Assembly (NCBI GenBank): GCA_964016885.1
Contig: OZ024747.1
Coordinates: forward strand, 87,420,001 to 87,484,000
Reading direction: 5' to 3'
DNA length: 64,000 nt
From: Eledone cirrhosa
Lineage: Eukaryota
Shown: positions 27,640 through 40,997 of the stretch, in pieces
Numbering within the stretch: position 1 is the first letter of the stretch
How the letters are laid out: each line of letters opens with the position of its first letter
Made by a program: the position numbers and the translations under genes
Notes under the pieces: model-generated
Told to the model about the DNA's origin: nothing
Database searches by the model: none
The model's input: only the letters and a program-made list of their open reading frames with translations

Positions 27640-28020
27640 ACTAAAGGTTGACTTTGCAGGCTCCATGACAAGCTTCTACACTTTGCCATATTGTATTGAC
27701 TGCACTCTCCTTCAACAATACACTGGCTTTCATTTCCTCCACCATCATTCCCAGCCATGTACTTTTTTGTCTTCCCCTTTTTCTACATCCTCCATCCACA
27801 TTCATTTCAATCAATCCTCTCACCCAATCATGTTCACCATTCCTCTACACATGAACCAACCATCTCATTCCATTTCTCTTCACAATATCCATCATTAGCT
27901 TTATTCCTATCATCCTCTTCAATTTGTTGTTTGTTATTCCCTCTCTGAGCAAAACTCCACCCATCCACCTTATCATTCTCATTTTTACTCTTTCTTTTCT
28001 TGTCTGCTGCTCCACATTCT
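27640..28020 (-). mobile_element. Old RTE 3' fragment
   Basis: Reads VDGGCRKRGRQKSTW...EEMK; a related piece lies at ~57715-57935. Confidence 0.55.
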
Positions 28021-28583
28021 AGGTGATGAATATATTTCACCTATGTTTCACTCTCATAAATCATGGCATTTCTTACACACAGCTTACATCTTTCCCTTCA
28101 GTTTCAATGACACACCTGTCCTCATTAACACTCATCAGTCCTCAGAACTTCTAATTTTTGTCTATGGGTCCCTCAGACAACAATTAAAATACACAGCAAA
28201 TTACCAAATTCACATATTAAAATCCATTTAGTGCACGAAATTGTAATTGACAATTTATACATAAAAATTTTAATTAAAAAACAATTGACTTTCTCATTAT
28301 TAAGCAGGTGTTTGGAACATATTTTAAAATTATGTGGCAAGAAAACATTGACAAATGTTTGACTACCTTGAGAAAAAAGGAATAGAAGAGAAAGATAGAA
28401 AGTGGAGGGAGACAGCAAAGTCTGAATAAAGAGAATTTCATATTCCCTACCAGGTCATAGGGTCAAATCATAGAAGTAGGAAAGAAATTATCATTCTATA
28501 CATACAAACACACACAGAGAGGCACATATTCACATATACCCATCAAACACCATCATTGATATAGCTATACATATACACATATA

Positions 28584-28975
28584 TTATCATCATCAACATT
28601 ATCATTTAACGTTCATTATTCCACACTTGCATGGGTTAGACAGGTTGTTACATTATGGGACAAGTCAGGTCAAGGGACCAACTTGCTCATACAGATATGT
28701 ATTTTGGCTTAGCATCTATGGCTGGATGCCCTTCCTAGCAGCAAACACATTATAATGTGAACTGGGTGCATTTTATCGTGACACTGAAATGATCATCTAA
28801 CAGAGTGGACTGGCTACTTTTTGTCATGTCAGCAGCACAATCACCTTACCATATGGACTGGGTGCTTTTACTCATGTCACCAATATGACCACCTTACAAG
28901 TGGGGCTTTTGTTGTGGCAGTGGATCAACCTACAGTGTGGATTTAGTATTTTATATCATGGCAACAGCATATTGG
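28584..28975 (-). mobile_element. Old SINE B / RTE 3'UTR-type sequence with about 5 subrepeats
   Basis: (GAT)n tail, GGATGCCCTTCCT motif, reiterated ~45-bp CTGGGTGC(T)n..CAC..ACAG.GTGG units. Confidence 0.7.
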
Positions 28976-30514
28976 GAGATCAGCTATAGAGCATGTACAG
29001 CTTTCATGCTTGTATGTACAGGTTATCAGGTGTATCAGGAGTGAAGGTTTGGTGAAGGACAGATTTGTGTGGTTTCATATGATTTCTTTGTTTTAATTTA
29101 TTTTTGCTCTATTTAAAACAAAATGTTTAAAAATGTTTTATTTCTCTATATAAAACATAATTAAATTGCAATAAAAATAACAGGAATTTTACCTTAAATG
29201 TATGTAATAAAAATAGGAAATATATAGTTTGAATAAAATTGTATCTAGTAAAAACAACTGTGTTTGATATGTGGTACAGGCTGAGGAAAGTATAGATTTA
29301 GGTGAGATGGGAGCTAATGAAAACAAAAGAAAAAAGGCAAGAATTTCATTGGTTAGCTTTGTAGGGTTAAAAATTAGGGGGCCTACAGAGGAGATAATCA
29401 TTCAATTGTTTTTTGACAAAGTATTGTATAGGGTTATTGTAAGTTTATGTAGTTGTATGTTTGTCTCTAGCTAACATGTGATGTAGTTAGTGTGTGTGTG
29501 TGTGTGTGTGTGTCTACAATGGTGTGTGTCATAAATTATATGCAGAGTGTATATTGAGTGATCTGGGTGTGTGTATGTATAATGACTGTGTATTGTCTAT
29601 AGTGTGCATAATGTGTATGTGAACAATTATAATTGAGTATGGATGATGAATGAATGACTGGGGTACGGGGAGAGAAATTAATTTTCTAGTGTAGAGTTGT
29701 AAAAGTTCAACAGAGCATACTGTACGTAGTTAAATTTGATATTAGAAGTGAAACTTAAATAGAGGAAACAATTGAAGTCTTAATAATAATAGCAGCCATT
29801 GAATCTGAACTAACAACATCTGGGAGTTGAGAGAGAGAGAGAAGAAGAAGAATAGATGATATAAGAAACCAGTGATTAAAAAAGAAAAAACAGTGGCATA
29901 AGGATTTATGAAAGTGATGTGTCCAGGGTCCTCGTTTGCCTTAAAAATGTGAGTGGGACAACTCAACATTTGTTGATTCTTAAAGGAGCATAAATTGCTT
30001 AAGGTGCCTTTCCCGGACCCTATCACATAAGTAACATTTTACACTAATTAAATTTTATATATTCAAATGAAGTTCGGATATAAAAAAATAAGCTTAAAAA
30101 GAATTTATTATATCAAATAAACAAAAAACAAAAGATGGTTTGTTCCCTATTCCTGAAAAAGTCGGGGGACTTGTCCCCTGGTATCCCCCTGAAACAAGGG
30201 CCTTGGATGTGTGGTTAACAAGTTCAATACTATATGGTTCCAGCCTAATACATTAGGCAAGTGTCTTCTTCTAGAGCCTTACATTAACCAATATCTTGTG
30301 AGTGTCATTCAGTAGATAGAAACTGTGTAGAAGCCCATTATATACATCAGTGGTGCTGCTTCAATACTGACCTGATCTCTGAAGATCAACCAACCATTGC
30401 TAGCAGGGAAGATGGACATTAAATGATAATGATGATGATAATGATGATGATACATACACACACGTGCATACATGTGCTCTCTCTGGTGAACCTACAGCAA
30501 CTGGACGTTACAAT

Positions 30515-30517
<3 letters not shown>

Positions 30518-30570
<53 letters not shown>

Positions 30571-30604
30571 GTATATATGTATATATATGTATATATATAT
30601 ATGT

Positions 30605-30659
<55 letters not shown>

Positions 30660-30689
30660 TATATGTATATATATATATGTGTATATATG

Positions 30690-30740
<51 letters not shown>

Positions 30741-30783
30741 GTATATATATATATGTATATATATATATGTATATATATATATG

Positions 30784-30814
<31 letters not shown>

Positions 30815-30891
30815 GTATGTATATATATATGTATATATATATATATGTATATATATATATGTATATATATATATATGTATATATATATATG

Positions 30892-30922
<31 letters not shown>

Positions 30923-30983
30923 GTATATATATATATGTATGTATATATATATATATGTATATATATATATGTATATATATATG

Positions 30984-31066
<83 letters not shown>
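30518..31066. repeat. Irregular compound microsatellite [(TA)nTG]m
   Basis: About 550 bp of TA runs of variable length punctuated by TG. Confidence 0.95.
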
Positions 31067-31070
<4 letters not shown>

Positions 31071-31336
31071 GGTAGATGTGAGCTCTCTGTAAGCTGTAGT
31101 GAAGGCAAACCATCTAGACCAGGCAAGGGTAACCTTTTTGATATATGTATGAGGAGGGCATTCATTCGAGGCCCAAGAGTATATATATATAAACAAAAGA
31201 ATTCACGCACGCACGCACGCACACACACACACATGCACACACAAACAATATAAAAGACTCGCAGACAAGCTCACTTAGCTTCCGGCACCATGGTCTAATG
31301 TGTTTTGCCATACCCCGACTAGTCCCTTGCTATTCC

Positions 31337-31380
31337 CCTCAGAAGAAGAGATTTTATCTCGAAATATCAGGACAAATAAA
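31337..31380 (+). ncRNA. Degenerate minimal PLE hammerhead
   Basis: CCT-CAGAAGA-A-GAGAT-TTT-ATCTC-GAAATATC-AGG then AATAAA; a related copy lies at 9755-9792. Confidence 0.45.
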
Positions 31381-31463
31381 TAAATAAAGTAACACATAAC
31401 ATCTTGCTTCATCTTATTTTCTTGTTCGTCCATTTTGCATTGTCTTGGCTTTCAAACTTCAAA

Positions 31464-31501
<38 letters not shown>

Positions 31502-31525
31502 TTAACGTCCATCTTCCACGCTTGC

Positions 31526-31566
<41 letters not shown>

Positions 31567-31656
31567 CCTTGTAAATTAGTATACTTACTCTCATTAATAT
31601 TATAAGTATAACTATATTATAATAAATAAATATATATATATAATTGTACTAATATT

Positions 31657-31835
31657 GTTTCTAATTTAGGCACAAGGCCAGCAAATACCCAGTGCATTAC
31701 TGGTACTTTATTTTATCGACCTCGTAAGGATGAAAGGTAAAGTCAACCTCGGCGGGATTTGAACTCAGATCGTAAAGGGACTTAACTATGCTGGAAAGCA
31801 TTGTGTCCGACCCTCTACCGATACTGCCAATCCAC
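31657..31835 (-). mobile_element. SINE family A inserted in an inverted repeat
   Basis: TSD ACTAATATT at ~31648 and ~31836. Confidence 0.85.
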
Positions 31836-33063
31836 ACTAATATTATAATATAGTTATACTTAGAATATTAATGGGAGTAAATATACTCATTTACAGGGTG
31901 TTTTTTTAGCTCAATGCAATGAGGATCGTGCAGAGCTGTTATACATTAATAGTTTCTATAAAACCAAAGAGTTAAGGCATTTATACACTTACAATTGTTT
32001 CTACCTTTATTGAGTCATGTATAGTGAGTTATTTTGTTTAATAACTCACAATTAGTATTTACAACACAGGTGTCTTCAGAGTATTAAAATGCTTCTGTAG
32101 TCAACTCAAAATAATACTTAGAAATTAAAAACGTAAATCCCTCATTAAGATACAAAGGTAAAAGTAAAAATTAACATCCAAAAAACAGCTCAAATAAGGC
32201 AGTGTGAGAAAGATATGTATATATGGTTAGGATTTGTGAGAGAGGTACATATATGCTTATAGTTAGGTTTTGGCAGTTAAAAAACCTGTATAAAAGATAT
32301 CATTGTTTGAGTAGAGTCAATAGTTCAAATAGTGTTAGTCATTGTTAATAATCTGTTAATAATAAACTTATAAATGTAAAGTTTTAGTAAGGCAATGTTC
32401 ATATTTATCCAAGGATTTTAAAACATTTTCGAATATATACAAAAGTATATTTAAAAAATATATGTGTGTAAATATATGTACACATATATATATATTTATG
32501 TTGGAACTGTTTGTTGACTAGGTTTTTATGGCTACTGGATGCCCTTCCTAACACCAACCCCGTTTACAGTGTGGAACTGGGTGACACTGTTATGAGACAG
32601 GTCTAGCCAGTTGGCCATGCTGCACCTTGCTCATAATGATGTTTTGGCAGGGTGTATGTATGATATATATACCACTTATGCATGTATATAACATACAATA
32701 CAAAATACACAATATGCATATATAATATACATTAACACACATATAGAGATAATACATAATATATACATATATAGCATAGCCTATATGTACAATATATATA
32801 CATCACATGTACTCACACACACAAATACATAATACGCAAGCTATATATACATACATAATATGCACATATACATGTCTATATACAATATATACACATGCAT
32901 TACAATACATACATATAACATACAATGTAACAGGATAACTGTCAGAAGTGATGGGGGCGGGTCAAAGCCTTGTCTGCCATGCAACAAACCGGAAGATAGT
33001 AGATAAAGGACAAGTGGGGGGGGGGGGGGGGTACTGAGCTGGCGTGACACTTGTATAAGAATT

Positions 33064-33094
<31 letters not shown>

Positions 33095-33098
<4 letters not shown>

Positions 33099-33650
33099 TT
33101 ATCATCATCATCATCATCACCGTTTTACATTGATTCTTCCACACTAGCATGGGTTAGACGGATTGTCCTGTTGTGGGCAATGTTAAGTCGGCTGACCTTG
33201 TCTTGCTCATACGGGAACTGATTCTGGCTTGATTTCTACAGATGGATGCCCTTCCTAACACCAACCTCATTTACTGTGAGTGCTGGATGCATTTTTTCCT
33301 TGGCCCCTACACGTCCACTTTACAGTGTGGTCTGGGTGCTTTTTTGTCATGACACCTCCACGACCACTTTGCAGTGGGAGGGGATGGGGGCATATTGCCT
33401 ATATGCTTCGGCTTCGGCTTGTTCCCGTGGGAAGTTGGGTCTTCTGTATTACTGCGTGACACCAGAGGTCACGGTCCTGTGTCATCACCGTTGAGAGGTG
33501 CAATTGGGTGAGGTCAGCTTTTATTACCTCATTCCAGGTCTTCTTGGGTTTCCCCACTCCACGGCTTCCATCAACTTTTAGTGCTCTGCACCTTTTTATA
33601 CAGCTGCCATCCTTCATATGCATCACATGTCCATACCAACGCACCCTCCT
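33095..33650 (-). mobile_element. 5'-truncated older copy of the same RTE lineage
   Basis: (GAT)n tail, same 3'UTR, and RRVRWYGHVMHMKDGSCIKRCRALKVDG coding end; diverged from the intact copy. Confidence 0.9.
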
Positions 33651-33738
33651 ATTGTATGTATATATTATATATATACAGTAATAATAAATACAGAGACTAA
33701 AATCCGGAAAGGACTTGATAATATTTGTATATATATAT

Positions 33739-34130
33739 ATCATCATCACCGTTTTACGTCCGTTCTTCCACACTAGCATGGGTTAGACGGGTTGTCCTGT
33801 TGTGGGCAGTGTCCAGTCGGCTGACCTTGTCTTGCTCATATGGGAACTGATTCTGGCTTGATTTCTACAGCTGGATGCCCTTCCTAACACTAACCTCATT
33901 TACAGTGAGTGCTGGGTGCTTTTTTTTTCCTTGGCCCCTACACGTCCACTTTTACAGTGTGGGCTGGGTGCTTTTTTGCCATGGCACCTTGACGACCACT
34001 TTGCAGTGGAATGATAGGGACCCCAATCCTATCATCTGATTTCTACAATTGAGTAAACTGGAGCAATGTGAAATAAAGTGTCTTGCTCAAGGAAACAACA
34101 CATCACCCAGTCCGAGAATTGAACTCACAA
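33739..34130 (-). mobile_element. SINE family B with the RTE-type 3' half
   Basis: B box, CORE-like segment, hairpin TGATAGG..CCCTATCA, then ~270 bp matching the 3'UTR and tail of the intact RTE. Confidence 0.9.
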
Positions 34131-35889
34131 ATATTTATTATTTGTACAGATTAAATATTTAAGCAAAGAATTTCTGCTTTCACCCTAAGCAGGATCATTT
34201 GAAACTTATATATATATAATGATTGTGTACTGAATGATGTATGTAATAAATTTGTTGGTGTTTTTTTATTTTCTATTCAATGGGAAATAGAGAAGAAAAA
34301 CATTGTTTACTCCAGTAACAAAACCATCATTATTGTTTACTTTTTCTCCCTTTATGTTCTGTAACTTAACAAATACAGATTGATAAAATAAGTACCTGAC
34401 TGAAATTAACCTTTGGATTGATGTGATCAGTTAAAACCCTTAAAAACAGTGTGCCCCAATATGGTCATAGTCCAGTGACTGAAACCAATAAAATAATATA
34501 AGATATCTTTGTTTTCTTGTGTGAAATATAGTTTAGAAATTAACATAAAAATACATTTGATTTTTATATGGTAATTTGAAGCATATGAACTTCTGCCCAG
34601 CTTGTCCTATATATATGTATATAGTCTGTTCGCTTTTTTATGCAAACTTGAAATACACAAATTCACTTTAATGCCTCTTGAAAAAATATTATTAAATATT
34701 CACTTTGCACAAATAATGCGCTGTAACTCGTGTGGTTTTTAATTTTTTCTATTTATCAGAAAATTAGACTTGAATTATGTGAATTTGCTTTATGTGCCGC
34801 GGTTACAAATGCATCTTTGCATAAAAAGCAAACAAAATGAATCTGGGAAAACATTGACAATAACACCTTCCTCTTTTATGATGGTTAACTATATGATTCA
34901 AGGGAATTTGCCTGCTATTTCTAGCAGGCAAAGGTTTGTGTAGCGGCCCCTTCTATATATGCTTTTTCTGTTTAGCATTTAATCCTTTTGATACCAAAAT
35001 GCTTAAAACAGGTCCTGGTTCTACAGAACAAATCTGTTTTGTTTTAACATATTTCTATTTAAAAACCTTCCATAATTTTATGTCAGAACCTGTGATAGGT
35101 CAAATGCTTCATTATTTTCTAAATTAGCTGAAAATCATGTAACAGTCTTTCATTAGAAACATGGTAACAAAAGGGTCATCTTAGAACTTTTCATTAATCC
35201 AAATCATTAGTCATTCCTATCAATTTAATGGGGCCATACCTCCTTCCTCTTGTTCTGTTATAGAGATATCAACTTGATATGTTTGTGTGTCTTTATTAAG
35301 CACTTGTTTAACTCATCTCATGACATGGTGTCTCACTATTTAAACTAAACAGTGAATTTAAATACATACACAAACACACATATATACACTCACACATATA
35401 TATATATATATATAAATACACACACACATAGATGCACACATATACACATATATATATATATATATATACACACACACGCACACAGACACAGATAACAGGG
35501 AGTTATGTAGTCCTTGACAGTCAGTGAGAACCCAACTTAAATCAAAATCTCACTGATGATGTTGTTGTTGTTGTTGTTGTTGTTACTGCTGGTGCCATTA
35601 TTATGATTATTGTTAATATTATCATTATTGTTGTTGTTATTATCCCAGTGTGTCTTGAGATTGTAATGTTCTCATCAGAGGTCAGCCTATTACTGTGTGA
35701 TGAAATGAAGCTATTTTGTTATACATCACCCTTTGTTGAAAGTGTACTGAGGGAAGGGATGTGTGATGGGTTTGGGAATGTTTGTGATTGGTAGAAACGA
35801 GTCTGTGAAAGTGTGCTGGGAGATAAATGAAACAGAATGCAGAAAAAGTATGATGGGATTGGTTCAGTTAAAAATTGATCATTATTCTT

Positions 35890-36410
35890 TCAGTAATGCA
35901 CTGGGTAATTGCTGGCCTTGTGCCTAACGTAGAAACAATTATTCTTTAAAACATTAAAAAAATAATAAAACGAGTACACACACACGCACGTGCACACACG
36001 CACGCACGCACACACGACATGACATGTTTCAAACTGTTGAAATATGATGATAATAATAATAATTGTTTCTACATTTGGCACAAAGCCAGCAATTTGAAGG
36101 GAAAGTCGATTAAATCGACCCCGTAAGTATGAAAGGCAAAGTGAACCTCGGCGGGATTTGAACTCAGAATGTAAAGGGATGTAATTACATGCCTCAAAGC
36201 ATGTTGTCTGATGCTCTACTGATACTGCCAATCCAAATAATAATGATGAGGATGAAGGTGATGATGATGGTGATGGTAATGGTGGTGGTGGTGATTTCTT
36301 TATTAACCACAAAGAAAAACATTATGACAGTACGGGGTCGATAAAATAAAGTACTAGTAATACACTGTGTAATTGCTGGCCTTGTGCCAAAAGTAGAAAC
36401 AATTATTGTT
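35890..36410. mobile_element. Cluster of SINE family A pieces in both orientations
   Basis: Plus-strand tail 35890-35945, minus-strand copy 36060-36235, plus-strand 3' half 36332-36410. Confidence 0.8.
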
Positions 36411-36923
36411 TCTTTAATTGTTAATGTATTAATATGAGAAGTTATCCCTGGTTATGTTTCAGATTTCATTATGTGAAGTTTAAATAACACACTCAATGAC
36501 TTTAGTGGGTAGGTTAAACCATAAAGGTTAAGTGTTAAGTGATAAATCTCATAGTATAATAACGAGAATAATATTAGTTTGTATATTGAATTAACCACAC
36601 TTATTTCATAAATACAAAGGTTTATATGTTATCAAATAAATTTCAAATTTAGCTTGATAGATATATTAAATCATATGTACAGCTAGAACATACAAGTATA
36701 TGAAAAGATTGTCAAACCCTTACCAACATGGAAAAGCAGACATAAAATGATGATATATATCATTGTCATCATCATTTAATGTTCATTTTTCAAGGCTTGC
36801 ATGAGTTGGACAGGCTGGAAAATTCTGTGACTAGACAGGTCAGATGACCTAGTACATTCAGTAAAGTGGTTGGCATTAAGAAAAGCATCCAGCCATAGAA
36901 ACTCTGTCAAACTGGAATGTATG

Positions 36924-37043
36924 AGCAGGATGGGGTCATCTGATTTGTCTAGTGCCAGTATGTGACAGCCTGTCCAAACCATAAGCAGGATGGGGTCATC
37001 TGATTTGTCTAGTATGTGACAGACAGCCTGTCCAAACCATAAA
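36924..37043. repeat. Local ~60-bp tandem duplication
   Basis: AGCAGGATGGGGTCATCTGATTTGTCTAGT...ACAGCCTGTCCAAACCATAA occurs twice. Confidence 0.85.
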
Positions 37044-37149
37044 ATGCTGTAATTTTCATGAGAGTAGAGTGTTTGTAAAACATTTTTTAAATTCTACATA
37101 TATATGTACATGTGTGTGTCTGGAATGTTTTGCAAATGTTAGCTCTACT

Positions 37150-37620
37150 ACAAATTGATAACATTATGACAATGTGAAATTCCTTTATTCTATTTTTGAA
37201 AATCACATTTCCAATGTTTTGCGTGAATCTGTTACTACATAGCCCAGTGCACCTATGTAATAGGTACAAATGAAAATCTGTAGCAAATTTACCAGAGCTG
37301 TCAGTTCTACATTAAATCATCACAGATGTTCCTTTTTTCCAAAACTTTAGATGAGACATTCATATCTGCCAAGCAGGTGACGTCTATAAATAGCGCTTCA
37401 CTTTTGTTCTATGTCCCAGAGAACAATATCTCGTCTGTCATGTTTGCATCAGTTTGTAGTTTTTATTGAAATGTCCCACCAACATTTATTTTTAAGAGCA
37501 TGGATACAGCTCGATCTACAGGAAGCACTGGCAGATAAGAAAGTCAGAAACAGGTTTGCAGATAATATTACATCCAAATTCAGAGAACTCCTTGAGCAAA
37601 CAGGATGTTGAAATGGAATG
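37150..37620 (-). mobile_element. Highly decayed non-LTR RT fragment
   Basis: Vestiges of QG..LS..LF..F and a DD-region in the minus-strand frames, with many stops. Confidence 0.35.
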
Positions 37621-37679
37621 GAGACTGTTCAGCTTGGCAGTTTCTCTTTAGCTGTTAAATGTTAGTGAAAGTGGGTTAG

Positions 37680-37935
37680 TGTGGTGCTGGGTGACACGAG
37701 GACCTCTTGGTTCAATCAAGTGGTCAAAAATGTCATCCGAGCAAAGAAGGAGGCTTACAAAACTTGGCTTGAAAATAAGTCCTCCTTCTTGAACTTGCAG
37801 TACAAGCAGACAGGAAGAGTCACAGCTGGTTTTGCCTGTTAGTCCAGCTGGATGTTTTTGATAGGATCTGATGGAAGGTGTCCTTGAAGACTCTAGCCCT
37901 ACAATTCTCTCGTGAATAAGTGGGTGAAGAAGAAG
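37680..37935 (+). mobile_element. Internally deleted Rex3-like RTE remnant
   Basis: RTSWFNQVVKNVIRAKKEAYKTWL linker segment joined to the 3' end GAATAAGTGGGTGAAGAAG. Confidence 0.55.
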
Positions 37936-39495
37936 GTGAGGGAGGAAGAATTGGCAGTCATTAAATGCCTCAGTTGTTCTTATTCACTACACTCTGAGTT
38001 AAATCTTGCCACAATCAACTTCACCTTTCATCCTTTTGGCAAAATAGTTATTAACAATGCATTGTAAATAGTTTTGACAACGTTGCCATATCTAATGGGT
38101 CATTCTGATAATTTAGTGTGATTTCTTCCACATGTCCATTGAACAATGGATATTTTCTTTCTCAACATAGTGGCTTATAGGTATATTTATCACTTTTAGT
38201 TTATTGCCATTGTAGAGGCCTATTTAGAATTCCCCAATGTATTTTATAGGTAGTTTTAAACTCAACTAGGTTAGTTATATACCATTCTAGGGAAGTAGTG
38301 TGCTTCAGCTTCGTGTTTTTACTAACATTTTGAATAATTGGAGATCATATCTCATTCAAAACATATGTAAAGGAATAAATATGGTTTTTTGATGAAAGGG
38401 GTATAACTTTTCCATTAATACCTTTGTTTATATATATATATATACATATACATATTAAGTGTTTTTATGTGTTTGAGTGTAAATATGTGTGCATGTAAAT
38501 ATGAATGGATGTGTGTGTGTGTGTATGTATATGTGTGTACCTTTGTGCATATATATATGCATGCATACATAAGGAAAGGGTCTGTGGATTGTATACATAG
38601 ACATCTTTGACATAATCTTTGGGGTTATGGAATAACATTTTGGGGTTATTGTGAAATACAGACTCACAATTCATGAACTGAGAAGCTGATATATTATTTT
38701 CTCTATTACCCCTTTGTTTGAGGGAGAATCAGAACTCTTCTGACCTTAGAAGATCCTTGCCCTCTCTATCTTAACTTAAGAGCTTCGCTATAACAGTGTA
38801 AGCAGATCTAGATCTAATAACAATGAGAATTTGACAATTTCTATTGTTTTCAAAGCCCTGGTATTTAAAATGTCAAAGCTGATAAAAGAAACAATTGAAA
38901 ATGGTTGTTTCTGAATTTATTTTAATAACAAATTTATGGTCATAAGAGCCACCTACACCCAACCTGTCATACTCCTGTTGTCAAAGAAAGGCTCTTTGCA
39001 ACCTGTTTTGATTGAGGAATCAATGAGATCCCTTGTTCTTGCAGCCTAACTGTTCTGTTGTTCTTGGCATTTAGTTTGTATGTATGAGTGTATGTGTACA
39101 CAGGATGACGCCATATCTATTGTTTGAGCATGAGGAGGTGATGGTGGTGGTGGTGTAGTATACATTTACATGTACATTTGTGTGTAAAGGACTCTATAAA
39201 TATTTCTATGAGGTTTTATGTGTGCTGATTTTTGTTTTTGCACATGTCTATGTATATATCACAGATGGGTGTGCAAACATGGCTGTGTGGTTTAGAAGTT
39301 CACTTTGAAATCATGTGGTTTTGTATTTGATCACATAAAGGGCTACTTAAGGACATAGATAGTTTTTACCATTGTATTACTATAGTCTCAAATTGACCAA
39401 CATATATTGGTAAAAGATGTAAACTGTGTCAAGAAAAATGAAAAACTCAGTGCTTTCAAATTTTTATTTTAAAGCACTGGTTCAAAACTTTGATC

Positions 39496-39566
<71 letters not shown>

Positions 39567-39815
39567 ATAGAACAAGCTGTTTATGCTCTCTGTTTCCACA
39601 AAATTAAGCTAGAGTGGAAACAGTTGTGTTTTAGTTGAACTAAATAACAAATTGCTGAATCTTTATTCTACAAGGTCACTCTTATGTTGGTTTCACTTAT
39701 TTGTTCCTCAATAACATTTTCCTTTCATACTACATATGCAACACAAGAATAACTTTAATTCAAGAACTGGTGCCTCACTCTAATGACTAAAACAAAACAC
39801 ATAAAAACAAATAAT

Positions 39816-40388
39816 AGATCAGATTAGCATGGGAGGAGGGTGTTCCAAGGCCATAGTATCTAGAATAAGGATGGGTTGGAAGAAGTTTAGGGAGCTGCTT
39901 CCTCTGTTGACGAAGAAGGGTTTCTCCCTGCGTACGAAAGGCTGGTTGTATGATGCCTGAGTGAGGAGCGCGATGCTGCATGGTAGTGAGACGTGGGCAG
40001 CAACTGCAGAGGATATGCGATGGCTGGAGAGAAATGAGGCAAGCATGCTCCGTTGGATGTGCAGTGTAAATGTGCGTGAATGACCCAGCATAAATGTGTT
40101 GAGAGAGAAACTGTGTCTGAGAGGGATAGAATGTAGTGTACGGGAGAGGAGACTGAAGTGGTATGGACATGTGATGCGCATGGAGGATGACGGATGGGTG
40201 AAGAAGTGCCAGGAAATGCCAGTTGAAGGAAGACATGGGCGGAGGTGGTGAGAACAGACCTCAGATCATTGAAGCTCACGGTGGATATGACGAAGGACTG
40301 TGACGAGTGGAGAGATGCTGTGCTGAATAAGACCCGTCCCACCCTTGCAAGCAGGGAAAAGCGGACGTAAAATGATGATGATGATGAT
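39816..40388 (+). mobile_element. 5'-truncated RTE of a sister subfamily with almost no 3'UTR
   Basis: Encodes RIRMGWKKFRELLPLL...MLHGSETW...LKWYGHVMRMEDD...[11 protein letters not shown] with stops. Runs straight into the terminal CCCGTCCCACCCTTGCAAGCAGGGAAAAGCGGACGTAAAA(TGA)n. Confidence 0.9.
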
Positions 40389-40570
40389 ATATATTTTATA
40401 TATATATATATCTCATATATATATATATATCTCATATATATATATATATATCTTATATATATATATATCTCATATATATATATATATATATCTCATATAT
40501 ATATATATATATCTCATATATATATATATCTCATATATATATATATATATCTCATATATATATATATATA

Positions 40571-40644
<74 letters not shown>
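40388..40644. repeat. Irregular compound microsatellite [(TA)nTCTCA]m
   Basis: Read directly from the sequence. Confidence 0.95.
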
Positions 40645-40647
<3 letters not shown>

Positions 40648-40980
40648 GGCGCGTGGCTTGGTGGTTAGAGCATTGGCCTTGCAATCGAAAGGTTGTGAGT
40701 TCAATTCTCTGACCGCGTGATGTGTTGTTTCCTTGAGCAAGACACTTTATTTCACATTGCTCCAGTTTACTCAGCTGTAGAAATGAGATGATAGGGACTG
40801 GGGTCCCTATCATTCAACTGCAAAGTGGACGTGTAGGCGCCACAGAAAAAAAGCACCCACCACTCAATGTAAATGAGGTTGGTGTTAGGAAGGGCATCCA
40901 GCTGTAGAAATCAAGCCAGAATCAGTTCCCGTCCCACCCTTGCAAGCAGGGAAAAAGCGGACGTAAAATGATGATGATGA
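40645..40980 (+). mobile_element. SINE family B with the sister-RTE terminal tail
   Basis: Full tRNA head, CORE-like segment, hairpin and body; the last ~50 bp are essentially identical to 40333-40388. Confidence 0.9.
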
Positions 40981-40997
40981 TATATATATTATATATC

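Noticed and set aside
30419-31253. Long ORFs of 170-276 aa in several frames
   Set aside because: They are translations of (TA)n/TG microsatellite (YIYI repeats); the same applies to most short ORFs in the track.
40645-40715. tRNA gene
   Set aside because: A and B boxes belong to a SINE head that continues into CORE-like body and LINE tail; there is no proper acceptor stem.
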